NCBI GenBank assembly: GCA_964487295.1
Contig: CAZAQL010000002.1
Span: 1-62,134, forward strand
Origin: an uncultured bacterium
Lineage (GTDB): Bacteria; Joyebacterota; Joyebacteria; Joyebacterales; Joyebacteraceae
Direction: 5' to 3'
DNA: 62,134 nucleotides
The notes below the pieces were generated by a model that saw nothing but the letters and a program-made list of their open reading frames with translations, was not told the DNA's origin and did no database searches. Below are positions 18,460 through 27,039 of this stretch, piece by piece. The translations under genes and the position numbers were made by a program. How positions within the stretch are numbered: position 1 is the first letter of the stretch; every line of letters begins with the position of its first letter.

Positions 18460-18734
18460 AGTCCCGCTCCTGTGTTCGCCTCGCTGGGCCCGACCCCCCG
18501 GGAAACAGGAAACCGGGCGAGGACACTGGGTCCGCCCGGCATCGTTGCTGCCGCACTCTCACTGCCTCGGGCGAGCCCAGGCCCGACAGCGATACACCAC
18601 GCGGCGCTGCAGTCCGTGCCCGCCTGCGGTGTCCTTGCAATCGCTGTCAGACTTGAGAAAAAACCCTTAACAGTGGTGCTATGCGAGTCCTTCCGCGCCT
18701 GGTGTGGGTCGCTGCTTCCTCAACCGACAATGCT

Positions 18735-18763
18735 AGTCTATCACAAGTTTTGTCCGGTGTCAA
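18735..18763 (-). promoter_or_regulatory. Sigma70-type promoter candidate for the EPS operon
   Basis: Minus strand reads TTGACA (18763-18758), then 17 nt, then TAGACT (18740-18735). The -35 box overlaps the stop codon of the upstream gene (18760-18762). It sits in the least GC-rich patch of the window. Confidence 0.55.
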
Positions 18764-19734
18764 CCGGATTTGCGTATCCGCTCCTCCCCCCCGATCCGGT
18801 GAACCACGGCCGCCCACAGGAGCGGGAGGAGCAGTTCGTGCCTCCCCCGAAGAGCAATCCCCGTGCCCTCCTGCGCCGTCGGACGCCGGACCACGTTGGT
18901 CAGGGCGCGATACGGCTCGTTCATGTCGAGCGAGATCGCCGTGAAGCGTCCCCGGGCCGCGCCGACGTTGCGCGCCATCGAGAGCGCCTTGAGGAAGACC
19001 TCGGGCAGGATGACAGCCGACCCGACGTTCATGACCACACCATCATCAATGGCCGGCAGAAGCCCCGCCAGGATCCGCATGTCCCGCAGGCTCGTCGCTC
19101 CGATCGCTGCTCCGTCCGCGCTCGCGTGCTCGTGAACGATGTCCGTGCCGACCCCGACGTGCACGGTCGCGGGGATGCGGAGGCGGTGCGCCGAAGCGAG
19201 CAGCGAGACGTCGTCGTGAGGCGCGTCCGCTTCCGCGATCGCCCGACCCACGCACTCGCCGAAGCCCTCACCCGCCGCGTGTCCGGCCACGACGGCCGCG
19301 TTGAGACCGTCCGCCGTCTCGGCGCACGTCCCGAACGAGCCGTCCGGCAGTCGCGCCGCCACGTCCTCGGACGTTCGCCCGAACATCGCGATCTCGTAGT
19401 CGTGGATGGCCCCGGCGCCGTTCATCGCGATGGCCGTCACCACTCCCCGCTCCATGAGATCGATCAAGAGCCTGCTCAGCCCGCACTTGATCACGTGCGC
19501 CCCGAGCATCACGAGCACGCCGCGGCCGTTCGAGCGGGCGAGAGAGAGCGCGTCGCACGCGTCGTGGAAATCCCCGCCGCCGAACGTGCGAGGGATCATC
19601 GCGAGCAGCCGGTCGAGGCTCTCACCCACGGGGACCGCGCGGACGAAATCCTCGATCCGCACCGTCCCTCCGCGCTCCTCGATGGAGATCCGTGTGAGCT
19701 TCCCGGGATCGAGCTCCGCATATCGGGATGTCAT
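18760..19734 (-). CDS. Conserved hypothetical protein, possibly deoxyhypusine synthase-like (DHS-like NAD-binding fold)
   Basis: LGAHVIKCGLSRLLIDLMERGVVTAIAMNGAGAIHDYE, IPATVHVGVGTDIVH and VVMNVGSAVILPEVFLKAL follow the spacing of DHS-family motifs as I recall them. No stronger identification is possible by eye. Confidence 0.35.
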   Translation of the reverse strand: MTSRYAELDPGKLTRISIEERGGTVRIEDFVRAVPVGESLDRLLAMIPRTFGGGDFHDACDALSLARSNGRGVLVMLGAHVIKCGLSRLLIDLMERGVVTAIAMNGAGAIHDYEIAMFGRTSEDVAARLPDGSFGTCAETADGLNAAVVAGHAAGEGFGECVGRAIAEADAPHDDVSLLASAHRLRIPATVHVGVGTDIVHEHASADGAAIGATSLRDMRILAGLLPAIDDGVVMNVGSAVILPEVFLKALSMARNVGAARGRFTAISLDMNEPYRALTNVVRRPTAQEGTGIALRGRHELLLPLLWAAVVHRIGGEERIRKSG

Positions 19735-19774
19735 CTGCCCTCCTCGCGATCGCTGCCGATGGTCGTCCGGCGGG

Positions 19775-20578
19775 TCACTGGACCCCGTCGGCGAGGGAGT
19801 ACTCCGCGAGCTCGGCCGAGATCGAGCCGATCACGACCTTGCTCCGCATCATCACGGGCAGGCGGCGGTCGTCGTCGGTCAGCCAGACCCAGAGCCTGCC
19901 CTTGTGACTGAAAAGCCCGGCGCCCTTCATCCTGGGCTCGACGACGATACAGTCGAACGTGCCGGCCGGGACGGTCACACGCTCCCGCCGCAGAACGAGG
20001 ATCTCGAGCGGGTAGTTCCTCCGATCGGCATGGTTCTCGATGAAGACGGATCGTCCGACCTCGAGATCGAGCATGCGCACGACGTAGAGCGACGAGAGGA
20101 TGTCCTGGGTGCCGGAGGCCAGCGGGACGACCTCCTCGCGCTCCGGGTAGACGGCGACCTGCCGTTCGTGATCGAACTCGACGAGGTCGTGCGCCCGGTA
20201 GTTCCCCTCACGCAGGGTCTTCTCGAAGCGCCTCGTCACGAGGTCGCGCACATCGAGGAGGGACTCCGCGACGTCCCGCACGGGAAAGAAGGCCGAGACG
20301 AAGGCGTTGGACTCGGCGACCGACACGATGCGGTAGCACGCGCGCCCGTCGCTCTCAACGAGCCCGGGAATGCCCATGATCGCCGTCCCCGCCTTGACGA
20401 ACCCGTATCCGATCTCGAACGTGAGCCGTTCGCCCACACCGAACGGTGGCATCGCCACGGTCCCGCCCTGCGCAAGCGCCGGCAGGCGCGAGGCCGGCTG
20501 CAGTGCCGGGCCGTCTCCCGGGACCGCCGCCGCGAGCAACCCCGCGAGCAGACAGGCGCATGCAATGGTGATCCTCAT
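19775..20578 (-). CDS. DUF3108 domain protein (secreted)
   Basis: Signal peptide MRITIACACLLAGLLAAAVPG. GERLTFEIGYGFVKAGTAIMGI...YRIVSVAESN...LWVWLTDDDRRLPVMMRSKVVIGSISAEL is DUF3108-like. ATGA overlap with gmhB. Confidence 0.65.
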   Translation of the reverse strand: MRITIACACLLAGLLAAAVPGDGPALQPASRLPALAQGGTVAMPPFGVGERLTFEIGYGFVKAGTAIMGIPGLVESDGRACYRIVSVAESNAFVSAFFPVRDVAESLLDVRDLVTRRFEKTLREGNYRAHDLVEFDHERQVAVYPEREEVVPLASGTQDILSSLYVVRMLDLEVGRSVFIENHADRRNYPLEILVLRRERVTVPAGTFDCIVVEPRMKGAGLFSHKGRLWVWLTDDDRRLPVMMRSKVVIGSISAELAEYSLADGVQ

Positions 20579-21162
20579 CGACCGTCCTCCTCGAGCCGCG
20601 ACAGCATCCAGCGCGCGGCCTCCAGAACGCCCGAAACGACAGCGGCCACAGCAAGCCCCCGCGCCCGTGCCTCCCGCGCCGCCTCCACGCCCTTGCCGGT
20701 GCGGACAAGTACACAGGGGATGCCGACACGCTCCGCGAGCTCCACGTCGGTGACCTGATCTCCGACCATCGCGCTCCGCGCCGGATCGATCCCGAGATCG
20801 CGGACCGCCGCGTCGACCATGCCGGTCTCCGGCTTGCGACAGGACGCGTCCCGCGAGAAGCGCTCGACCTGTCCGTCCGGATGATTCGGACAGTAGTAGG
20901 CCGCGTCGAGCCGCGCGCCGGTGCGCGCGAGCATCTCCTCGAGCCTCGCGTGCACGGCCGCCAGGTCATCCTCCGTCATGAGACCCCGCGCGACGCCCGA
21001 CTGGTTGCTGACTAGGACGGCCGCCACACCGGCCTCATTCAAGAGCCGCACGGCGTCCGCGGCGCCGCGTTCGAGCACGAGCCCATCCGGCCGCGTGATG
21101 TAGCCGTCCTCGACGGTCAGCACGCCGTCGCGATCAAGAAGAAGCGCCGCTCGACCCGTCAT
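20575..21162 (-). CDS. gmhB: D-glycero-D-manno-heptose 1,7-bisphosphate phosphatase (HAD-IIIA)
   Basis: MTGRAALLLDRDGVLTVEDGY, VSNQSGVARG, the Zn-loop YYCPNHPDGQ...CRKP and MVGDQVTDVE. Only the last 195 codons of track ORF 20575..22803 are real. ATGA overlap at 21159-21162. Confidence 0.88.
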   Translation of the reverse strand: MTGRAALLLDRDGVLTVEDGYITRPDGLVLERGAADAVRLLNEAGVAAVLVSNQSGVARGLMTEDDLAAVHARLEEMLARTGARLDAAYYCPNHPDGQVERFSRDASCRKPETGMVDAAVRDLGIDPARSAMVGDQVTDVELAERVGIPCVLVRTGKGVEAAREARARGLAVAAVVSGVLEAARWMLSRLEEDGR

Positions 21163-22382
21163 GGTCCGCTCACCTCCTCGTCGTGGCATGCTGATCCCTC
21201 GATCGCCGGTTCCTCCCGCCCGCGGCCCGACGCCACACCTCGCACCGATCCGATCGCCGCCAGCGCGTAGAAGAGCATCCCCGGCTCGGCGTCCGTCGAG
21301 ACCGCGGTGAGACCCGCGACGACGGAGGCCGTCAGCCCGCCGATCGCCGCGAGCGCCACGCCGCGCTCGATCGCGTTGCGAGCCGACCGCGCCGACCGCG
21401 CGGCCGCCCGGAACCCTAATACCAGAAACACAACGAGCGCGCCAGCCCCCACGAGCCCGATCTCGGCCGCGGTGTGGAAGAGGGTGTTGTGGGCGTTGAG
21501 CTGGTGTTCGTCCTCCTGTCCGTCGGTGAAGGTGACCCCGAGCGCCCAGTAGATGCCGGGGCCGTGCCCGGTGAGAGGCCGCTCCGCGATGAGCTCGAGG
21601 TTCCGGTCCCACGTCTCCAGGCGTGCCACCACGTTCCTCGCCCTGAAGAGCCGCGACTCCGGGTGCGTCGCCGCGAAGGCGGCCACGGCCGCCGCGGCGA
21701 TGGCGAGTGCAACGAGAGCGTACCGCTTCCGCCTGAGCGACGCCAGGATGAGCGCCGCGATCCCCAGAACGGCGCCGAGCAGCCCGCCCCGCGAGCGCGT
21801 CATGGCCAGCGCGATGCCCGAGAATCCCGAGGTCACGACCAGCACGGGACCCGTCATCGCCGAGCGGAGCTCCGCGCCGAGGACCGCCAGGGCCATGACC
21901 AGACCGATGGCAAGGTACTCGGCCGCCGGCACCGGATTCTCGATGGACGGAAGGCCCAGGCGATCGGCGTACCCTGTCAGATAGGTGACGTACGAGCCGA
22001 CCGACGCCACCAGAACCCCGAGGAGAATGGCCCAGGTCAGAAGCAGAGCCCGCGTCCGCCTGCGGCACGCGTCGGCGACCAGAAAGAACGGGGCGGTCGT
22101 CATGAGGACGGTGAAGAGCTCGTGCGGACGCCTGAGCTCCTCCTCCGCGAACGCGTACGACAGGAAGCTCGCGAGCACGAATGCGGCGAGCGCGAACGCA
22201 AGAGCCCGATCGGGAAAGCGCGGCCGGCGCCCCAGCGCCCACTTCCCTGCGAACCCGAGCGCCGCGATGGCGAGCCCCGTGCTCTTGAGCCCCTCCGACC
22301 AAGGGAGCGACACGAGCAACACCACCAGACCGAAGGTCTGCAGCGCCTCGAGCGCGCCCGCCGCTCGTCTCAGGAACCTCAT
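21159..22382 (-). CDS. O-antigen ligase family protein (WaaL-like)
   Basis: Polytopic membrane protein with AMTRSRGGLLGAVLGIAAL (Wzy_C motif) and HAHNTLFHTAAEIGLVG. Confidence 0.75.
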   Translation of the reverse strand: MRFLRRAAGALEALQTFGLVVLLVSLPWSEGLKSTGLAIAALGFAGKWALGRRPRFPDRALAFALAAFVLASFLSYAFAEEELRRPHELFTVLMTTAPFFLVADACRRRTRALLLTWAILLGVLVASVGSYVTYLTGYADRLGLPSIENPVPAAEYLAIGLVMALAVLGAELRSAMTGPVLVVTSGFSGIALAMTRSRGGLLGAVLGIAALILASLRRKRYALVALAIAAAAVAAFAATHPESRLFRARNVVARLETWDRNLELIAERPLTGHGPGIYWALGVTFTDGQEDEHQLNAHNTLFHTAAEIGLVGAGALVVFLVLGFRAAARSARSARNAIERGVALAAIGGLTASVVAGLTAVSTDAEPGMLFYALAAIGSVRGVASGRGREEPAIEGSACHDEEVSGP

Positions 22383-23596
22383 CGTCCGCCTCCCCCGTCC
22401 CCGGCAAGCTGCCGGATGTGAAGCGCGGCCTCCCTCGCGCGGTCCTCCCAGGTGTTCGCGAGCGCGAACTCCACGCGCAGGCGGCGCACCGGGTCGTCGG
22501 GCGGTTCTGCGAGCGCCCGCTCAACGGCCTGGGCGAAGCCCGCCGCGTCGACGGCCGTGGCGATGAGCGCGCCTCGCTCCCGCGCGGCCGGGAACGGGGT
22601 GGCGACCACGGGCTTGCCGCAGAGGAGGTACTGGTAGAGCACGATGGGGTCCGCGTTCCGCGAGAAGACCCCTTCCTTCCATGGCAGCATCGCCACGTCG
22701 CAGGAGGCCACGTACCACGGGAACTCCCCGTACGGACGCCTTCCGAGCCGAACGACGTTCGACGGCAGCGTCTCGCTCGCGCCGCCGGGACCGACCAGCG
22801 CAAGCGTCCACTCGGGCCTCCCGCGCGCGACCTCGCCGAGCAGGTCGTGATCGAGCCACCCGTACGCGGCTCCTCCGTAGAGGATCACAGGACGGCGGAG
22901 CCGGCGGAGCCCGTCAGGGACGCCCGGGCCGTCCGCCGCCTGCTCGACGGCATCGAGCAGACGCGATGCCCCCGCGGACGCCTCCCCCGCGAGCACGCGG
23001 CTGAAGTGCGCCGCGTCCGCCGCATTCGGCAGGCGATGGATGTTCGGATGGCGCGCCCGCCCTTCGAGCAACGACGCCGAGACGACGAGGACGAGATCCG
23101 CCGCGTCGAGCATCCGCTCCTCGAGCGCCTGAGTGGCCTGCGGATCCCGGCTGAACGCGGTCGGCTCGTCGGCGGCGCTGTAGACGACTGAACGCTCTCC
23201 CAGGCGGCCGACGCAGTCGACCTGCTCGGGAGAGAAGCACCACAGCGCCCGCTCCTCGAAGCCCAGGCGCTCGATCGCCTCCCGGATGCGCGGGACGAGC
23301 CGGCCCCAGGCGGCCGCGCGGCGTCCCGGCCGCGACGGCACCGAGCCGGCGACCGGCGAGAGCACCCAGAGCCCGGGCAGCTCACGCCGCAGTCCCCGGA
23401 GCTTCGACCATCGCCGCCGGCGACCGAGTACGGAGAAGACGTCCAGCGGCGGTTCGACGTAGAGCACCCGTGTGGCGCGCGCCATCTCACGCATCAGGCA
23501 CTGCTTGCTCGTCGGCAGGCCGGTCCAGTGGTTCGTCGAGAGGCAGACGATGTCGGCGCCCGGCCCGGCCTGCGCCGCGCGGATTCCGTCAGCCAT
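22379..23596 (-). CDS. Glycosyltransferase (GT1-fold, TuaH-like)
   Basis: ADIVCLSTNHWTGLPTSKQCLMREMARATRVLYVEPP at the N-terminus and SRNADPIVLYQYLLCGKPVVATPF in the C-terminal domain. Confidence 0.7.
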   Translation of the reverse strand: MADGIRAAQAGPGADIVCLSTNHWTGLPTSKQCLMREMARATRVLYVEPPLDVFSVLGRRRRWSKLRGLRRELPGLWVLSPVAGSVPSRPGRRAAAWGRLVPRIREAIERLGFEERALWCFSPEQVDCVGRLGERSVVYSAADEPTAFSRDPQATQALEERMLDAADLVLVVSASLLEGRARHPNIHRLPNAADAAHFSRVLAGEASAGASRLLDAVEQAADGPGVPDGLRRLRRPVILYGGAAYGWLDHDLLGEVARGRPEWTLALVGPGGASETLPSNVVRLGRRPYGEFPWYVASCDVAMLPWKEGVFSRNADPIVLYQYLLCGKPVVATPFPAARERGALIATAVDAAGFAQAVERALAEPPDDPVRRLRVEFALANTWEDRAREAALHIRQLAGDGGGGR

Positions 23597-24695
23597 TGTC
23601 GCCTCCCCCGCTGCGCGCGGGCGGGTCGCCGTCGGCCCCCGCGCCGCCGGAGCGGGCGCCGCGGCGCAGCAGGTCCAGGGCGGCCTCGAAGACCTCGTCC
23701 ACCGTGATGGCCGCCATGCAGGGGTTCTCCGGTCGCACGCACTCCTTCTGGTCGCAGGGCGAGCACGGATACTCGTGGCGGATCACGCGCGACGGGGCCC
23801 CCCGCGGCGCGAAGCGGACCGGCGTGTTGGGACCGAACAGGGCGACAACCGGCGTCCCGACCGCGGCCGCGACGTGCATCGGCCCGCTGTCGCTCCCCAC
23901 GAAGACCGCCGCCCGTTCGACGACGGCCGCCGAGCCCCTGATGTCCAGGCAACCCGCGAGGCTCACGGCGACGCCTTCCGCGTCGCGTGCGATGCGTTCG
24001 CAGAGCGCGACGTCCGCGGCGCCCCCCGCGAGCACGCACGCCAGACCGGCCTCTTGCGCAAGGCGGCGCGCCAGCGCCGCGTGCCGCTTCTCGGGCCAGC
24101 GCCGATACTCCCAGTTCGCCCCCGGGGCCAGCACGGCGAAGCGGGCCGCCGGCGCAACGCCCGCCCTCTGGAGCGCCTCGACCGCGGCGCCTCGTTCCTC
24201 ATCGGTGAGGTAGATGCGCGGGCGGGGTTCGGCTGTCGCACCGAGCGGCTCGACGGCCGAAAGAAGATGCTCGACGACGCTCCCGTCGCTCACGTAGGGG
24301 ATGCGGTAGTCGAGCAGGTGCGGGAAGCCGGCGTGATTGAAGCCGACCCGGTAGGCCGGGTCAGCGGCCCACAGGATCCACGAACTCAGGAGATTCCCCG
24401 ACAGGTCGACCGCGAGATCGAACCGCTCGCGTCTGAGCCGCCGCGCCAGCTGCCACTGCCGTCGCGGCATGTGGTAATCGGGGACCGCGTCGTACAATAC
24501 GATCTCGTCGACGTGGGGGTTCGCGATGAGCACGTCAACGCCACGCTTCTTGGCGAGAACCGTCAGCCTGGCGTCCGGGAAGGCTCGCTTGAGCGCTTCC
24601 AGAACGGGCGTCGCCAGCAGAACGTCCCCCATGAAGTAGAGCCGCATCACGAGGATCGACCGCACGGTCTCTGGATGGAAGGGCCGTCTCTTCAT
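23589..24695 (-). CDS. Glycosyltransferase family 9 (LPS heptosyltransferase family)
   Basis: SILVMRLYFMGDVLLATPVLEALKRAFPDARLTVL and FVGSDSGPMHVAAAVGTPVVALFGP are GT9 hallmarks. Confidence 0.85.
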   Translation of the reverse strand: MKRRPFHPETVRSILVMRLYFMGDVLLATPVLEALKRAFPDARLTVLAKKRGVDVLIANPHVDEIVLYDAVPDYHMPRRQWQLARRLRRERFDLAVDLSGNLLSSWILWAADPAYRVGFNHAGFPHLLDYRIPYVSDGSVVEHLLSAVEPLGATAEPRPRIYLTDEERGAAVEALQRAGVAPAARFAVLAPGANWEYRRWPEKRHAALARRLAQEAGLACVLAGGAADVALCERIARDAEGVAVSLAGCLDIRGSAAVVERAAVFVGSDSGPMHVAAAVGTPVVALFGPNTPVRFAPRGAPSRVIRHEYPCSPCDQKECVRPENPCMAAITVDEVFEAALDLLRRGARSGGAGADGDPPARSGGGDNG

Positions 24696-25801
24696 GGTGT
24701 GCGCCCTCCCCGCCGGTCCGCCTCGGCGGCGAAGCAGGCCTCGATGTCATCGATCATCGAGCGCAGAGAGAACTCCTCGAGGACGCGCCCGCGCGCCGAT
24801 GCCGCCATCCCGCGCGCGGACTCCCTGTCCGTGAGCATGCCCAGCACTGCGGCGGCCGCTGCGTCGGAGTCGCCGGGTTCGACGAGAAGACCGTCGCGGC
24901 CGTCCCGGATCATCTCCGGGATGCCCGCCACGCGCGTCGCCACAACGGGCGCGCCCGCCGCCATCGCCTCCAGGATCACGTGGGGCATCCCCTCGCGGAA
25001 GCTCGTCAACAGCACGACCGACGCCGCGGCGAGGACATCCTCGACGTCGCTCCTGTGGCCGAGGAACCGCCAGCTGCCGTCCGGCAGAGTCTGTGTCGCC
25101 ATCGTTCTGAGTTCCTGTCGCAGCTTCCCGGCTCCCGCCACGAGCAGCTGAGCCCGAGGTTCCGCCTCGACGACCTTCGCGAACGCTCGGAGCGCAACGT
25201 CGTGGCCCTTGTCCGGGACGAGTCGGCCGATCATCACGACCGTTGGGGTCTCCGCCTCGAGGCACAGCTCGGCGCGCAGACGCGCACCCTCGCCGGCCGC
25301 CGTGCGCTCCGGATCGATGCCGTTGGGGATGACCGTGATCCTCTCCGGCGGTACCACGCCACCGCGCTCCAGGTCGTCGGCGATGGCGCGGCAGTTCGCG
25401 ATGACGCGCGTCACGAACCGCCGGTACGTCAACCTGTTCACCGCCGTCGGGCGAACCGGGAAGAGCAGCCCGCGCCGCTCCACGACGCCGCGAACCCCTG
25501 CGATGCGCGCGGCGAGCGCGCCGACGCGAACGGCCCGCTGCACGTTGACGCTCGCCACGTCGCACCGCCAGCGGCGCAGCCAGGCCGCCAGCGGGAGAAC
25601 GGACGTCGGGTCCGCATCACCCCGCATCGGGAGTTCCAGCGTTTCGAAGCCCGACCGCCTCGCGCGGCCGGCCAGGGCGCTTCCGGACCTGGCGACGACG
25701 CTCACGTCGTGCCCGCGCTCGAGCAGTCCGCCGGCGGTCTCGACGAGCCATCGCTCGCCGCCACCGAACGTCCTGAGCGAGTTCACGAAGCAGATCCTCA
25801 C
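24692..25801 (-). CDS. Glycosyltransferase family 4
   Basis: GTG 25801 preceded by GGAAGAGGGG. VRICFVNSLRTFGGGERW and LLTSFREGMPHVILEAMAAGAPVVATRVAGIPEMI. Confidence 0.85.
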   Translation of the reverse strand: MRICFVNSLRTFGGGERWLVETAGGLLERGHDVSVVARSGSALAGRARRSGFETLELPMRGDADPTSVLPLAAWLRRWRCDVASVNVQRAVRVGALAARIAGVRGVVERRGLLFPVRPTAVNRLTYRRFVTRVIANCRAIADDLERGGVVPPERITVIPNGIDPERTAAGEGARLRAELCLEAETPTVVMIGRLVPDKGHDVALRAFAKVVEAEPRAQLLVAGAGKLRQELRTMATQTLPDGSWRFLGHRSDVEDVLAAASVVLLTSFREGMPHVILEAMAAGAPVVATRVAGIPEMIRDGRDGLLVEPGDSDAAAAAVLGMLTDRESARGMAASARGRVLEEFSLRSMIDDIEACFAAEADRRGGRTP

Positions 25802-25817
25802 GGAAACCCCTCTTCCG

Positions 25818-27008
25818 TCATCTCCGTCGATCGGCCCGGACCGGCCGTGACGGCGGGTCGAACGTCGCATCGGCCGAACGGCCCGATGAACCGATGCCGA
25901 CCGAGGTCAGCACGGCAGCGAGCCCACTCTCGAACGCCTGTCGCGAGAAGAGCTCTCGTGCGCGGTCGCGCGCCGCGAGGCCCATCCTTGTCGCCCGCGC
26001 GTGATCCGCGAGCAGACCGCTCACGGCGGAGGCCAGCCCCGACGCGTCGGACGGCGGGACGAGGAGACCGCTCTCGCCGTCGGCGACGAGTTCCGGGATG
26101 ACGCCGACGCGCGTTGCGACGACGGGGCGTCCCGCGGCCATGTACTCGCTGACCGCCCGGGAGTTCTCCTCGCTCCCGACGGAGGAGGAGACACAGACCG
26201 AGGCCGCGGCGAGGAGCGCGGGAACGTCCGAACGCCGCCCGGCGAAGCGGACGCAGGAGAGCACGCCGAGACGCGCGGCCTGTCCGCGGAGCCCTTCAGG
26301 CTGTCCCGACCAGGGCTCGCCCACCAGGAGCAGTACAGCCTCGGGATGCTCGCGGACCACTGCGGCCCACGCATCCAGCAGAACGGGGTGCCCCTTCACG
26401 GGAGCGAGGCGCGCGACGTTGACCACGAGCGGAGCGTCGACCCCGATCCCGAACTCCTCGCGTATGCCGGCGCCCGCCGGAAGGCCCGTTCCGCCGCCCT
26501 CCGTCGTGAAGCGACCGATATCCACCGGCAGGTAGAGTAGAAAGAGCCGATCCGCAGCGAGTCCGAGCCGCTCCCGAACCCACGTCTCGATCCTGCGCGA
26601 CGAGACGATGACGGCGTCGGTCCGACGCCGATACAGACACCGGTTGAGGATCCCGCCGCTCGGGCGCGCGGCGCCGCCCCTGAGGTGAACGAGTCGCGAG
26701 TCGGGCGACCGCGCGATCCCCGCCGCGACGTGCGCCGCGGAGCGCGAGCTGTGGACGAGCCCTGTCTCGCGCGTTCGGGCGCTGATCCAGCGACCGGCCG
26801 CAAGGAGGTCCGACGGCGACCTGCCGATGTCCTCACCCGGAAGCACGGCCGACCGGACCCCGTTCGGAAGTCCCTCGAACGCGGCGCTCCCCTCCGGCGC
26901 AGCGAAGGTCACGGTTATCCCCATCGCTGCCTCGGCGCCGGCCACGCCGAGCGCGAACTCCGTCTCCGCGTTCATGATCATCGAGTCCGTTACGATGAGC
27001 GATCGCAC
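25818..27008 (-). CDS. Glycosyltransferase family 4
   Basis: GTG 27008 preceded by GGGGAGGG. VSSSVGSEENSRAVSEYMAAGRPVVATRVGVIPELV. The upstream part of track ORF 25818..27188 overlaps the GT9 gene and is junk. Confidence 0.8.
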   Translation of the reverse strand: MRSLIVTDSMIMNAETEFALGVAGAEAAMGITVTFAAPEGSAAFEGLPNGVRSAVLPGEDIGRSPSDLLAAGRWISARTRETGLVHSSRSAAHVAAGIARSPDSRLVHLRGGAARPSGGILNRCLYRRRTDAVIVSSRRIETWVRERLGLAADRLFLLYLPVDIGRFTTEGGGTGLPAGAGIREEFGIGVDAPLVVNVARLAPVKGHPVLLDAWAAVVREHPEAVLLLVGEPWSGQPEGLRGQAARLGVLSCVRFAGRRSDVPALLAAASVCVSSSVGSEENSRAVSEYMAAGRPVVATRVGVIPELVADGESGLLVPPSDASGLASAVSGLLADHARATRMGLAARDRARELFSRQAFESGLAAVLTSVGIGSSGRSADATFDPPSRPVRADRRR

Positions 27009-27039
27009 ACGCCCTCCCCGATCACGGATGGCGATTCCC

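Noticed and set aside
18655-18700. Possible intrinsic attenuator: GGG followed by a U6 run in the EPS leader
   Set aside because: I could not find a stable GC-rich stem immediately 5' of the U-run, so it does not meet intrinsic-terminator criteria. It is kept only as part of the leader observation.
21163-22803. The upstream 547 codons of the 742-aa ORF 20575..22803
   Set aside because: They are out of frame over the WaaL-like and GT genes and are Arg-rich junk. Only the last 195 codons (GmhB, ATG 21162) are protein-like, and ATGA coupling supports the short form.
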